Shown here: positions 26,941-35,271 of the stretch, piece after piece
Layout: the number at the start of each line of letters is the position of its first letter
Numbering within the stretch: the first letter of the stretch is position 1
IMG/VR virus record: IMGVR_UViG_3300046543_000451
Location: 5,376-69,375 of that record
DNA: 64,000 bases
Direction: 5' to 3' (one strand)
Source of the DNA: a virus
The notes under the pieces: generated by a model
What the model was told of the DNA's origin: nothing
Databases searched by the model: none
What the model saw: the letters and a program-made list of their open reading frames with translations, nothing else
Position numbers and translations under genes: made by a program

Positions 26941-27689
26941 TGGCCTCCGAGCTTCTGGCGGAGCTGCTGGGCGAGAACTCGCTTCAGCCGCGTCCGGTTG
27001 TCATGGAGCGCCGGGAGCAGGAACGGCTGAGCCGCGTTGTGCGTCGTCGGGAACTCGACGAACTTCGCGTACCGAACGCCTGCCGTGACCGTTGCCACAG
27101 CACCTTCTCCGGTCGAGATGACGCCCTCGGACTCGATGGACGCCTTCAACTTCCCGCCGATCTGGATGCGAACGCTGCCAGAGGCGAGGACTTCTCGATG
27201 GATGGCCCGGCCGGACCGGACCTCGTATGCCCCGCGTGCCGTCAGGAGCGGCCGGAGCGACGGGCTGACGTAGCCCGAGCGAACGCGACTGGCATCGACC
27301 CGCGGCCGGAAGACCCGGGAGTCGCCGCCCTGAAGTCGAACCGCTCGCTCGGTGCCGAGGTTCCGAAGCGTCCGCGACTGGGCGAGCGCATTGAGGCTGC
27401 CCCGGCGTGGCACTTCCGCCCGAGCGTAGCTGCGGAGGTAGGCCACCGAGCGCCGGCGCTGGAAGTCGTTGTAGCCCTGATACGCCTGTGCCCGCTTGAT
27501 CGCGAGGTGGCGCTCCTTGGACGTCAGGGGCCGGAACTTGCGGCGGAAGCCCTTGGCCTCCTTGAAGACCTTGCGGATCGGCGCCCGGGCCCGCGCATCG
27601 GCCACGACTGCCGCGGCAACCTCCTCCAGCGCGTCCTCCTCTGCCGCCTCGACCAGTTGCAAGATGCGGGCGACATTGAGGACGCTCAT
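26937..27689 (-). CDS. HK97 gp10-like neck protein with Arg-rich insertion
   Basis: ARARAP...GKLKASI...YAKFVEFPT...AQPFLLPAL. Confidence 0.78.
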   Translation of the reverse strand: MSVLNVARILQLVEAAEEDALEEVAAAVVADARARAPIRKVFKEAKGFRRKFRPLTSKERHLAIKRAQAYQGYNDFQRRRSVAYLRSYARAEVPRRGSLNALAQSRTLRNLGTERAVRLQGGDSRVFRPRVDASRVRSGYVSPSLRPLLTARGAYEVRSGRAIHREVLASGSVRIQIGGKLKASIESEGVISTGEGAVATVTAGVRYAKFVEFPTTHNAAQPFLLPALHDNRTRLKRVLAQQLRQKLGGQ

Positions 27690-28051
27690 TCGAGCAGGCG
27701 GCAGGCAAACTCCCACCACGCGGGGTACGTGTCGCTCTGGTTGCCAGCCTCGACGGTGTAGAGATCGCCGTCGATCCCGAGGTGGTCACCGCCCGCGATC
27801 ACCGTTCCGATCGGTACCCGGACGTTCACCAACTGGGCGATGGCGACCGCGCCGGAGACAGCACCGAGCGTGGACGAGTCGCCGAGGATTTGCTTGACCC
27901 AGCAGATCGTATCGCCCGAGTCGGCCCAGCCGCTCTCCTGACCGTCAGGAGTCTCGGCCGTGAACCGGGTCAAGATGGTCGCGATCGTGGTCATGCCACT
28001 CTGGGCGACGGACTGGATGGCGCCCAGTTCCTCTGCGGTCAGGAGTGACAT
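27686..28051 (-). CDS. Head closure protein
   Basis: MSLLTAEEL...VRVPIGTVI..GD...IDG..YTV; GGAGG RBS; synteny. Confidence 0.72.
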   Translation of the reverse strand: MSLLTAEELGAIQSVAQSGMTTIATILTRFTAETPDGQESGWADSGDTICWVKQILGDSSTLGAVSGAVAIAQLVNVRVPIGTVIAGGDHLGIDGDLYTVEAGNQSDTYPAWWEFACRLLE

Positions 28052-28059
28052 CGCCCCTC

Positions 28060-29136
28060 CTAGTTGAAGCTGTTGCCGCCGCCGTCGGTCAGCAGCGGAT
28101 CGTCCCAGCGATTGGCACCCGAACCCGTCGCATGGGTATTGCGGACAATGCCTTGAATCTGGTTCAGCGGCGGGAGGGCCGGCGCTTCGATCGGGACGTT
28201 GACGTTGCTGATCGTCACGCCATCGACGAGGAAGTCGATCCCGTCCGAGTAGGCGTAGGTAAAGCGGTTGAGATTGCTCCAAGTCCCGCCGATGACGTGG
28301 ACGTTATTCGTCCCGGTCGGCGTGTCATGGGCGTAGACCTGAACCCCGTTGATGCTCTTGGTCGTCGGGCCAACGATATCGAAGTCCTGAATCGTCACAC
28401 CCTGTCCACGGTGGATCATGTCTGACTCGACGTAGACGACGTGGCTGAAGCTGCCGCCCAGACCGGTCACGTTGCGGACCTTGGCGTTCTTGAAGATGAC
28501 CCCGTCGACCCAGCCGGCCATCAGGATGCCGAACTTCGCCATGTTGTAGTTCTGGAGCGTTGACCCCGCGAAGTCGAATGTCATCTGGCCGACCTGAGCC
28601 GGGACGCCGGGGCCATCGTTGGTTCCGACATGGATCGCCCCGGTCCCGCTGCCGCCGCCATCGAAGATCACGCCGGACTGACAGCGCCAGAGCAAGGGTC
28701 GCGTCCGGGCCTGCTTCAAGTACAGCGTGGCGAAGTTGGCGAATGTGCCAGCCGCGAACTCGATCACGTCCAGCGTGTTGTCAACTGCCCAAGACTGAAG
28801 GGTGATAAGGCTCGTGGTCGGAGAAGCCACTCGAACCACTTGGTTCGGCGGCGGCGGAGTCACCACGGCCTGCACGACGATCGAGACCGGCAGGCCGGCG
28901 TTCACCCACGAACCATTGACGGACTGCTGGGCCTGAAGCGTCTGGGTCTTGGGCGTACTGCTGACCGTGATCCCAACGTTGAACGTACCATCCCGACGCG
29001 GCCGGAAGATGTTGGTCGTCGCCCCAGCCCCATCTAGCAGAAGCCGGGTCTTGTTGTTCGGAAACCCGGAGCCGGCCACCGCCACGACCGACGAGGGCGC
29101 GGCGGGATTGGGGCTCACCACGAGTTGGATGGTCAC
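28060..29136 (-). CDS. Ig-like plus beta-helix protein, paralogous to the C-terminus of the tail-tip protein
   Basis: Shared motifs RPL, QNY...FG....GWVD, SH..YV.SD..H.G, NG.Q, SNL.R, DGGGN; probable GTG start after GGGGAG (track start is 29187). Confidence 0.75.
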   Translation of the reverse strand: MTIQLVVSPNPAAPSSVVAVAGSGFPNNKTRLLLDGAGATTNIFRPRRDGTFNVGITVSSTPKTQTLQAQQSVNGSWVNAGLPVSIVVQAVVTPPPPNQVVRVASPTTSLITLQSWAVDNTLDVIEFAAGTFANFATLYLKQARTRPLLWRCQSGVIFDGGGSGTGAIHVGTNDGPGVPAQVGQMTFDFAGSTLQNYNMAKFGILMAGWVDGVIFKNAKVRNVTGLGGSFSHVVYVESDMIHRGQGVTIQDFDIVGPTTKSINGVQVYAHDTPTGTNNVHVIGGTWSNLNRFTYAYSDGIDFLVDGVTISNVNVPIEAPALPPLNQIQGIVRNTHATGSGANRWDDPLLTDGGGNSFN

Positions 29137-29222
29137 CGGAAGTCTCCCCTGTAGTAGTGCGGCGACGGTTCCGACGACTCCCAACATGAATGTCCGCCGG
29201 CCCAGAACCCCCGGTGTGTCAC

Positions 29223-30128
29223 TCAGAACACCGATCCGAAGGTATAGGCACCATCGAGCAGGCTGGCCGCGGTCGCAGGGATGGTGGCTCCGTTCTTGGT
29301 CACCATCTGGGTCGGCTGGAGAGCCGTCAGGGCGACCTCGGCCACCTTGATCGACTGGAGCCCGGTCATGCCGCGCTGGGCCATCCGGGCTGCTCCGAGG
29401 TCGGCGGTCGCGGTGATCCCCACGGCCTGCACGACCGGGTCGGGCGCGAGGTAGGTGTAGTCGACGGCCACCTCGACGCCCGGATCGGGGGCGACGGTGA
29501 AGTTGATGACGCCGTCGTTGTAGTCGACCGTGTAGCCGCTCGCCTGCACCACGTCATCGAGGTAGACGACCGGGATGACCGTGGTGTCCCAGTTGCCGTA
29601 CGAGGCGCTGAAGGACGTGGTCGTCTCGGCTTCGAGGATGTCGCCCTCGACCGGAAAGGACCAGCCGTAGTCGTAGGTCACCCGGGCGATCGGGTTGTAG
29701 AGACCAAGGCTGACCGCGAGCGGGTAGTAGGCGATGATGACCGGGTTCAGGGCCACGATCTCGATGTACTGCTCCATCGAGTTGACGTAGATGTTCGGTG
29801 GCAGAATCTGGACCAAGTACGTCAGGCCGAGGTCGAGGTGGAAGTCGGACACCGTCTTGATCGGGCCGGCGTTGAGGTAGGTCCGCCGGGCGCCCGGGCC
29901 ATAGGCCAGTGGGTTGACCAGCTTCCACTGCTGTCGCTCGTCGGTCATGGTGCCGCCGAGCCAGCTCCACGGGTTGGGCTGCTTGGGCACGTTGCAGTAG
30001 CGATCGACTTCTGCCTGAGCGCGGATCAGCGTGGACCGCAGCGTCGAGAGCGAGAAGTCGGAGGGAAGCGCCAGACCGTAGCCCTGCCGCAGGTAGCGCC
30101 TCGGCGAGAGGAGCGTCGTTCGAGCCAT
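29223..30128 (-). CDS. Head-tail adaptor protein
   Basis: Directly after the capsid gene; LIRAQAEVDRYC, VTYDYGW, PDPVVQAV; GGAGG RBS. Confidence 0.75.
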   Translation of the reverse strand: MARTTLLSPRRYLRQGYGLALPSDFSLSTLRSTLIRAQAEVDRYCNVPKQPNPWSWLGGTMTDERQQWKLVNPLAYGPGARRTYLNAGPIKTVSDFHLDLGLTYLVQILPPNIYVNSMEQYIEIVALNPVIIAYYPLAVSLGLYNPIARVTYDYGWSFPVEGDILEAETTTSFSASYGNWDTTVIPVVYLDDVVQASGYTVDYNDGVINFTVAPDPGVEVAVDYTYLAPDPVVQAVGITATADLGAARMAQRGMTGLQSIKVAEVALTALQPTQMVTKNGATIPATAASLLDGAYTFGSVF

Positions 30129-30199
30129 CTGACCTCCTCTTGACACGGCTGAGATGATGCGTATCCGACTCGCCAGCGATCGCGAGCCGGATGAGAGCG

Positions 30200-30238
30200 A
30201 GAAGCCCGGTCTCTGGGGGAGGCCGGGCTTCTTGTTTG
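30200..30238 (+). terminator. Rho-independent terminator-like hairpin oriented on the + strand
   Basis: 14-bp stem AGAAGCCCGGTCTC/GAGGCCGGGCTTCT with one G-U pair, followed by TGTTTG. Confidence 0.55.
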
Positions 30239-30332
30239 TCCCCCGAGTTGCGGCCGGACCAGCGGCAGGAGGGAGTCCGCGCTGGTCCGGCCTAACGACC
30301 GCCGGGGGGTGCGATCGTCATGTGTTCAGCGA

Positions 30333-31664
30333 CTAGCTGGTCCGCTGCTCGGCGCGGAGCTTGACGCTGTGGAGGTTGGACGACAGTTCGAGCCCGAACA
30401 TGCCCCACACGATGTAGAGCCGAGTGAGCTGCCCCGAGACTCCCGGCGGAATCTCGATCACGCTCGGACCAGCCGGCCCGAGGTGAGGGATGCGGAGCTG
30501 CTGCTCGTTGATCATGTACAGGTCCGCCACGTCACGGCTGGAGTCAGTCGTGGCCGTGTAGTGACCGATGGCGTCACCGGGGATCGGGACGATCGGCATC
30601 TGCCCGACGGCGGTCATCACGGCGGGGACTTCCACGCCGGGGATGAACTCGGTCTTGTCGACCGTCCGCTGGATCGAGGTCTGCTGGTTGGAGAGCTGGG
30701 CAACCTCGTCGTACCGCGCATAGGTCACCGTCGGTCCAACACCAACCTGATTGGTGATGTTGACGATGCCCTGATTGAAGGCGTTGACGAAGTTGTTGGG
30801 GCTCGTGGTCAGGTACGGCGCGAAGTTGACCGCTGCGGTCGAGTTCGTGATCGAGTTGTTGAGCAGGTAGCGGAGACCGGTGAAGGCGTTGGCGTCATAG
30901 GCGCCGTCCTCACCCGTCGAGAGGCCACCGGAGCTGGTCGCATTCCCTTGGAAGATCGTCTTCTGGAGGTCGTGCGCCATCTGGGTCAGGCCGTTCTGGA
31001 TTTCCAGTCGAGCCGAGTCCCACTGCATTCCGCCGGCCGGAACCGCGAGCTGCTGCTTGAACGACACGCCCCGGCGCTGCCCGTAGACCGCGATCGGCGT
31101 GGTCTGACGAACGTACACGCCGGTCTTGTCGACCACGGTGCCCAGCTCCGAGATGAACGACGAGGTCGTCAGGTCAGAGGCGTACGCCGTGAGCTGGTCC
31201 CAAGCGTGGACGAGGCCGTTGGCAGGCACCTTCTGGATGCGCTGCCAAGCCGGGAAGATCGAGACGAACATCGACACGAGGAACGGTTCGAGGTCCTGAC
31301 GGATCAGGGCTGAACCACCCGCGGTGTCGAGGGCCTTCTGCACGTAGGCAGGCGCCGAGGCGTTGCCTTCCTGCATCTGGGCCCACTGCCATGCCTGAAG
31401 CGGCACGCCGCTACCGGCTCCGGCGTCGATCTGCTTCTGGAGCAGAAAACCCTTCTCCTCCCACGACAGCGGGTTCAGCTTGCGCTGGAGCAACATGCTG
31501 TCGGTCTTGGAGAGGAAGTCGAACTGCCGGCCATACGGCTGCGCGAGGTCGTCGCCGACGCTGCGAGCCGAGGTCGGCGGCGCGACCTCCGTGTCGTTGC
31601 CCTTCTTGATCTCCGGCCCGATCTCGTCGAGCAGAGCGTTGAGGGCCTTGAGGTCGAGTGTCAT
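30333..31664 (-). CDS. Major capsid protein
   Basis: KALDT..GSALIRQDLE, E...IFQGN...AFTGL; follows the protease. Confidence 0.87.
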   Translation of the reverse strand: MTLDLKALNALLDEIGPEIKKGNDTEVAPPTSARSVGDDLAQPYGRQFDFLSKTDSMLLQRKLNPLSWEEKGFLLQKQIDAGAGSGVPLQAWQWAQMQEGNASAPAYVQKALDTAGGSALIRQDLEPFLVSMFVSIFPAWQRIQKVPANGLVHAWDQLTAYASDLTTSSFISELGTVVDKTGVYVRQTTPIAVYGQRRGVSFKQQLAVPAGGMQWDSARLEIQNGLTQMAHDLQKTIFQGNATSSGGLSTGEDGAYDANAFTGLRYLLNNSITNSTAAVNFAPYLTTSPNNFVNAFNQGIVNITNQVGVGPTVTYARYDEVAQLSNQQTSIQRTVDKTEFIPGVEVPAVMTAVGQMPIVPIPGDAIGHYTATTDSSRDVADLYMINEQQLRIPHLGPAGPSVIEIPPGVSGQLTRLYIVWGMFGLELSSNLHSVKLRAEQRTS

Positions 31665-33097
31665 CGGTTGTCTCCTGCGGACTTGGTCAGGAACTCCTTG
31701 ACCTCCGGGGCAAGGAAGTCCGGCAGCTTCTTGTTCAGGTCCGCCACGTCGGCAACGGCCTTCGGCCGGAGCGGCATCGCGAGGACCTTCTCGATCAGCT
31801 TCTTCGCTTCCTCGTTCTCGTCGGCCAGTTGGTCTCGCTCGGCCTTCAGCGTCACGATCTCGTCATCACGGTCACTGACCGCCTTGACGAGTTCCCTGAC
31901 GTGTCCGGCGAGTTCGACCACATCGGTCGCGGCGAACGTAAACGCCTTCTCCTCGGTGGGAGGGTCGGTCGTCTCGTCCTCGCCTTCCTCGGCGGCCGGT
32001 GTCTCAGGGGTCTCCTCCGGGGTCTCCTCGACCTCGGCGGATTCCTGAACGTCCGCATCGACGGCTGGGGTCTCGTCCTCGGTCTTGATCTCCAAGCCGA
32101 GGTCTTCGAGTGACTTGGTGTTGTTCTGGGTGTGCATGGAACCTCCGCAATCGCAGGTCGCGCAATCGCAATCGGACTGATGGCCGCAGCTATCGCAGAG
32201 GCCCTGTGTCTGAAGGGCAGAACCACCCTCGGTGTCGAGCGCCCACGTGAGCAGATCGTCGTCGCTCATGGACGCCGCCTTCTTGTCGCCGTGATCGCCG
32301 ATCCCCATCCGCCGGGCGGCGGCCAGAATCTTGTCCCGACCGCACTGGTCGTTGGACGGATCGGCAATCCGGCTGAGAGCGGCCCGGACGTGGGCCTTGT
32401 CGTTGATCGGGTACTTGCGCTTCTCTGGGCAGGCGAACTGGTCGGCGTCGAGATCACTTCGGGCGCCGGCGTCAAGCGTGCCCTTCTCGACCTCGTCCTC
32501 CTCGTCGTCCCAGACGCTGTCCTCGATCTCGTCGAGCTGGTTGGCCGCCTTAGCCGCCTTGTACGTCCACGACCGCTGGTTCATCGGGATGCCGACCAGC
32601 GACCCCTCCTTGCCGGAGAGGTGGTAGATGTCGATCCCGCCGGCCTTGTTGCGCTTGTGCTCGCGGACGCGGGCCCCGATCGAGGCACCGAAGGTGACGA
32701 AGCCACCGTCGATCGAGTCGGCCAGTTGCACCATCCGCGGGTTGGGCGTGTTGACCACGCCCGCGACGTGGAGGTCGTAGACCGGGAAGCCGGTCTTCGG
32801 ATCGACCATCCCGGCCTGCCTGATGTCGGCATAGTCCGACCGACCGAAGACGTTGTCGACCTTGTGCTCGTGGTCGGTAAAGATGTTCAGGCCACCGGCG
32901 AAGTCTCGACGCAAGTCTTCGAGCGCCGACATCTTGATCTCGTCATTGCCCTCGTCCACGACGGTCGACGACATGACCACCTTGAAACGACGCCTGCCGT
33001 CTTCGCCCGGTGGCTCGATCGAGATGGCCTTGGTGACGAACCGGAACTCCCCCGGTGCGAGGGGCGGCATCTTCTTGGCCGCCAGTGGTGCAGTCAT
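31661..33097 (-). CDS. Prohead protease with scaffold-like extension
   Basis: SSTVVD..ND.I, DH, GASIG, E.SLV.IPMN; acidic and coiled-coil C-terminus; AAGGAGG RBS. Confidence 0.82.
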   Translation of the reverse strand: MTAPLAAKKMPPLAPGEFRFVTKAISIEPPGEDGRRRFKVVMSSTVVDEGNDEIKMSALEDLRRDFAGGLNIFTDHEHKVDNVFGRSDYADIRQAGMVDPKTGFPVYDLHVAGVVNTPNPRMVQLADSIDGGFVTFGASIGARVREHKRNKAGGIDIYHLSGKEGSLVGIPMNQRSWTYKAAKAANQLDEIEDSVWDDEEDEVEKGTLDAGARSDLDADQFACPEKRKYPINDKAHVRAALSRIADPSNDQCGRDKILAAARRMGIGDHGDKKAASMSDDDLLTWALDTEGGSALQTQGLCDSCGHQSDCDCATCDCGGSMHTQNNTKSLEDLGLEIKTEDETPAVDADVQESAEVEETPEETPETPAAEEGEDETTDPPTEEKAFTFAATDVVELAGHVRELVKAVSDRDDEIVTLKAERDQLADENEEAKKLIEKVLAMPLRPKAVADVADLNKKLPDFLAPEVKEFLTKSAGDNR

Positions 33098-33126
33098 GGC
33101 TCCTCCTTGGCGGATGCCGCTCAGTG

Positions 33127-33150
33127 AAAGACCCCGGCGAGACCGGGGTC
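33127..33150 (-). terminator. Terminator-like hairpin closing the glycosylation block
   Basis: GACCCCGG-N5-CCGGGGTC followed by TTT on the - strand. Confidence 0.5.
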
Positions 33151-33155
33151 ATGGG

Positions 33156-34376
33156 CTAGACCGCGACGGGCTCGGCCGGCGGCGCTTGCTGCTGAATGGA
33201 CTCGGTGGCAATCCGGTCGAAGCCGGCTGCGGTGTAGTCCCACGAGAACCTCTGGGCCTGTGCGACGGCAGCCTTGGCGAGTTTCCGCCTGACACCGCCG
33301 GCGAGGTAGAGGTGCTCGATCTCGCGGGTGAACGCTTCGATGTCGGGCAGGCACTGGTCCTGACCCATCGGGACGCTGATCCGACCCTTCGGCGGGATCA
33401 GGACTCCACCGGGCCCGACGACTTCGGTCAGGGCGGAGCAGTCCTGCGCGATGACCGGCGTACCGCAGGCCATGGCTTGTAGCGGGCCGAGACCGAAGCC
33501 TTCGCCCCAGCTCGTGCTGATGTACAGGTCGGCCGCCGCGTACAGGACCGCCATGGTCTGGTCGGACCAGCCGCTGAAGCCCGTCATGTTCGGCGGGAAG
33601 TTGACCCGGTCGCGGATGTCCTCGTCGTTGAACATCACACCCCGAAGGTCGTAGCCATCGTAGGAGTCGACGAGGCAGTGGAAGTGGACGTCGATGTCGG
33701 GGTACTTCTGGAGCAGCGGCCTGAGCGCCTTCCACGACGCCGGGTAGTCCTTGCGCGCAGAGTTCTTGTCGACCCGCAGGATCAGGAACCGATCGGGGTC
33801 GTAGCCGAGCATCCGCTTGGCCTCGGCCTTGTCCATCGGCTTGTAGAGGTCCGTGTCGACGCCGTGCCAGAGAACCTCTGCCTCGGGCAATGCTGTGTCC
33901 CGGCCGAACTTCGTCATCGCGATCCGGGTGACCCGCTGGCTCAGGATGTCCCACGAGCGGGGCGAGTCGTAGCCGTCGACCGGCAGGTAGGCGAGGATCG
34001 GCGGCTTGTAGGTCACGTCACCGATCTCGGCGCCAGCCCACAGGACATGCTGCGCGTCGTACTTGTTGTCGAGCAGGAAGCGCATGACCACCTGCGGATC
34101 GTTGATGAAGACCACGACGTCGGGCACGACCTTGCCGAGCATTTCGACGAGCCGACTGAAGCCGTAGACGTCCTTCTGCTCGATCTGGTTGGCCGGGTAG
34201 AGCTTCATCTTCGTCGGCCAGTAGTCGCCCCGGTAGTTGGCCGCCAGACAATGGACATCCCAGCCCATGTCGACCAGCCGGTCGCCGATGTTCTGGGCCA
34301 CCTGCCCGAACCCGGACGGCACTCCCGCGTCACTGACGAGCAGCATTCTCCTGCTCGGTGCCACTGCGATCCCCAT
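33156..34376 (-). CDS. GT-B (GT4-like) glycosyltransferase
   Basis: SGFGQVA, HGVDT, RKD, LYAAADLYISTSWGEGFGLGPLQAMACGTPVI, FSWD. Confidence 0.93.
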   Translation of the reverse strand: MGIAVAPSRRMLLVSDAGVPSGFGQVAQNIGDRLVDMGWDVHCLAANYRGDYWPTKMKLYPANQIEQKDVYGFSRLVEMLGKVVPDVVVFINDPQVVMRFLLDNKYDAQHVLWAGAEIGDVTYKPPILAYLPVDGYDSPRSWDILSQRVTRIAMTKFGRDTALPEAEVLWHGVDTDLYKPMDKAEAKRMLGYDPDRFLILRVDKNSARKDYPASWKALRPLLQKYPDIDVHFHCLVDSYDGYDLRGVMFNDEDIRDRVNFPPNMTGFSGWSDQTMAVLYAAADLYISTSWGEGFGLGPLQAMACGTPVIAQDCSALTEVVGPGGVLIPPKGRISVPMGQDQCLPDIEAFTREIEHLYLAGGVRRKLAKAAVAQAQRFSWDYTAAGFDRIATESIQQQAPPAEPVAV

Positions 34377-34390
34377 CGCGTCTCTCCCTC

Positions 34391-34960
34391 TCAGAACAGG
34401 TTGTTCCAGCTCGATCCGTTCCAGCAGCGTGGCTTGTGGAGCGTGGTGTCGTAGTACATCTCGCCCTCGATCTCCACCCCCGAGTGCGGAGCGGCACTGT
34501 ACTTCGGCAGCATTCCGAGAGATGGGATCGCCACCCCGCCGTCCACCCCCTCGGTGAACTCGAAGCGCCCGTTCTCCGACTGCTCGCGGAAGTTGACGTT
34601 GTAGCCGTCCGGCCCGCCACCCGTGTAGACCTGAATGGTCCCGGGGCTGGCGCTGGCGCTCTGCTGCACTACCCGAAGTTCGAGATTGGCTGGGCCAATG
34701 GACATGATGACGCCCGTCGCAGTCATGTCCCCGTGACCCGTTCCACCGAAGATATAGACCGAGTCATCCTGAATGAGTTGGAAGCCGCCCTGCCCGTTGT
34801 TCCATCCGTTGTCCGAGTAGAGATCAAGTTCCGTGCTCGTCGTCGGCTGGATGTGGTCGACGACCATGTCGTCATTCCAGTCCACCGGGCGGACCAGCGT
34901 CGTGTCACCGCCGTCGGCGATGGCGCTGTGCTTGCTGTGGCTAATCCCGCTCGCGGTCAT
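34391..34960 (-). CDS. Putative virion structural protein
   Basis: LVRPVDWN..., C-terminal GEMYYDTT.....WNGSSW fibre motif. Confidence 0.7.
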   Translation of the reverse strand: MTASGISHSKHSAIADGGDTTLVRPVDWNDDMVVDHIQPTTSTELDLYSDNGWNNGQGGFQLIQDDSVYIFGGTGHGDMTATGVIMSIGPANLELRVVQQSASASPGTIQVYTGGGPDGYNVNFREQSENGRFEFTEGVDGGVAIPSLGMLPKYSAAPHSGVEIEGEMYYDTTLHKPRCWNGSSWNNLF

Positions 34961-35271
34961 TCGCTCTCGACCAAGATCGTGTTCTCCGGGTCACTGTGCT
35001 GCGTGCTGCCGTCCGACCAGTTGACCCGCCAGCGCATGACGTAGTTGCCGGGATCGAGCAGTTGGCCCGGCGACCAGTCGTAGCGGACCGCCCCAAGCGC
35101 CGGCGTGACGATGTTGGCCAAGCTGTTGACTGAGAGGCGTCGGTCGATCGCCGGGCGCATCTCGAAGTAGACGCTGGTCGCGCCGGTCAGGTTGAGGACG
35201 ACCCCGTTGACGGCCAGCGTGCCGAAGATGGACGGCTGGTCATCGGATGCGACGAAGGTCAAGTCGGCCAT
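34957..35271 (-). CDS. BppU-like small structural protein
   Basis: LNLTGAT...GAVRYDW...D.GNY....V.W.DG. Confidence 0.65.
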   Translation of the reverse strand: MADLTFVASDDQPSIFGTLAVNGVVLNLTGATSVYFEMRPAIDRRLSVNSLANIVTPALGAVRYDWSPGQLLDPGNYVMRWRVNWSDGSTQHSDPENTILVESE

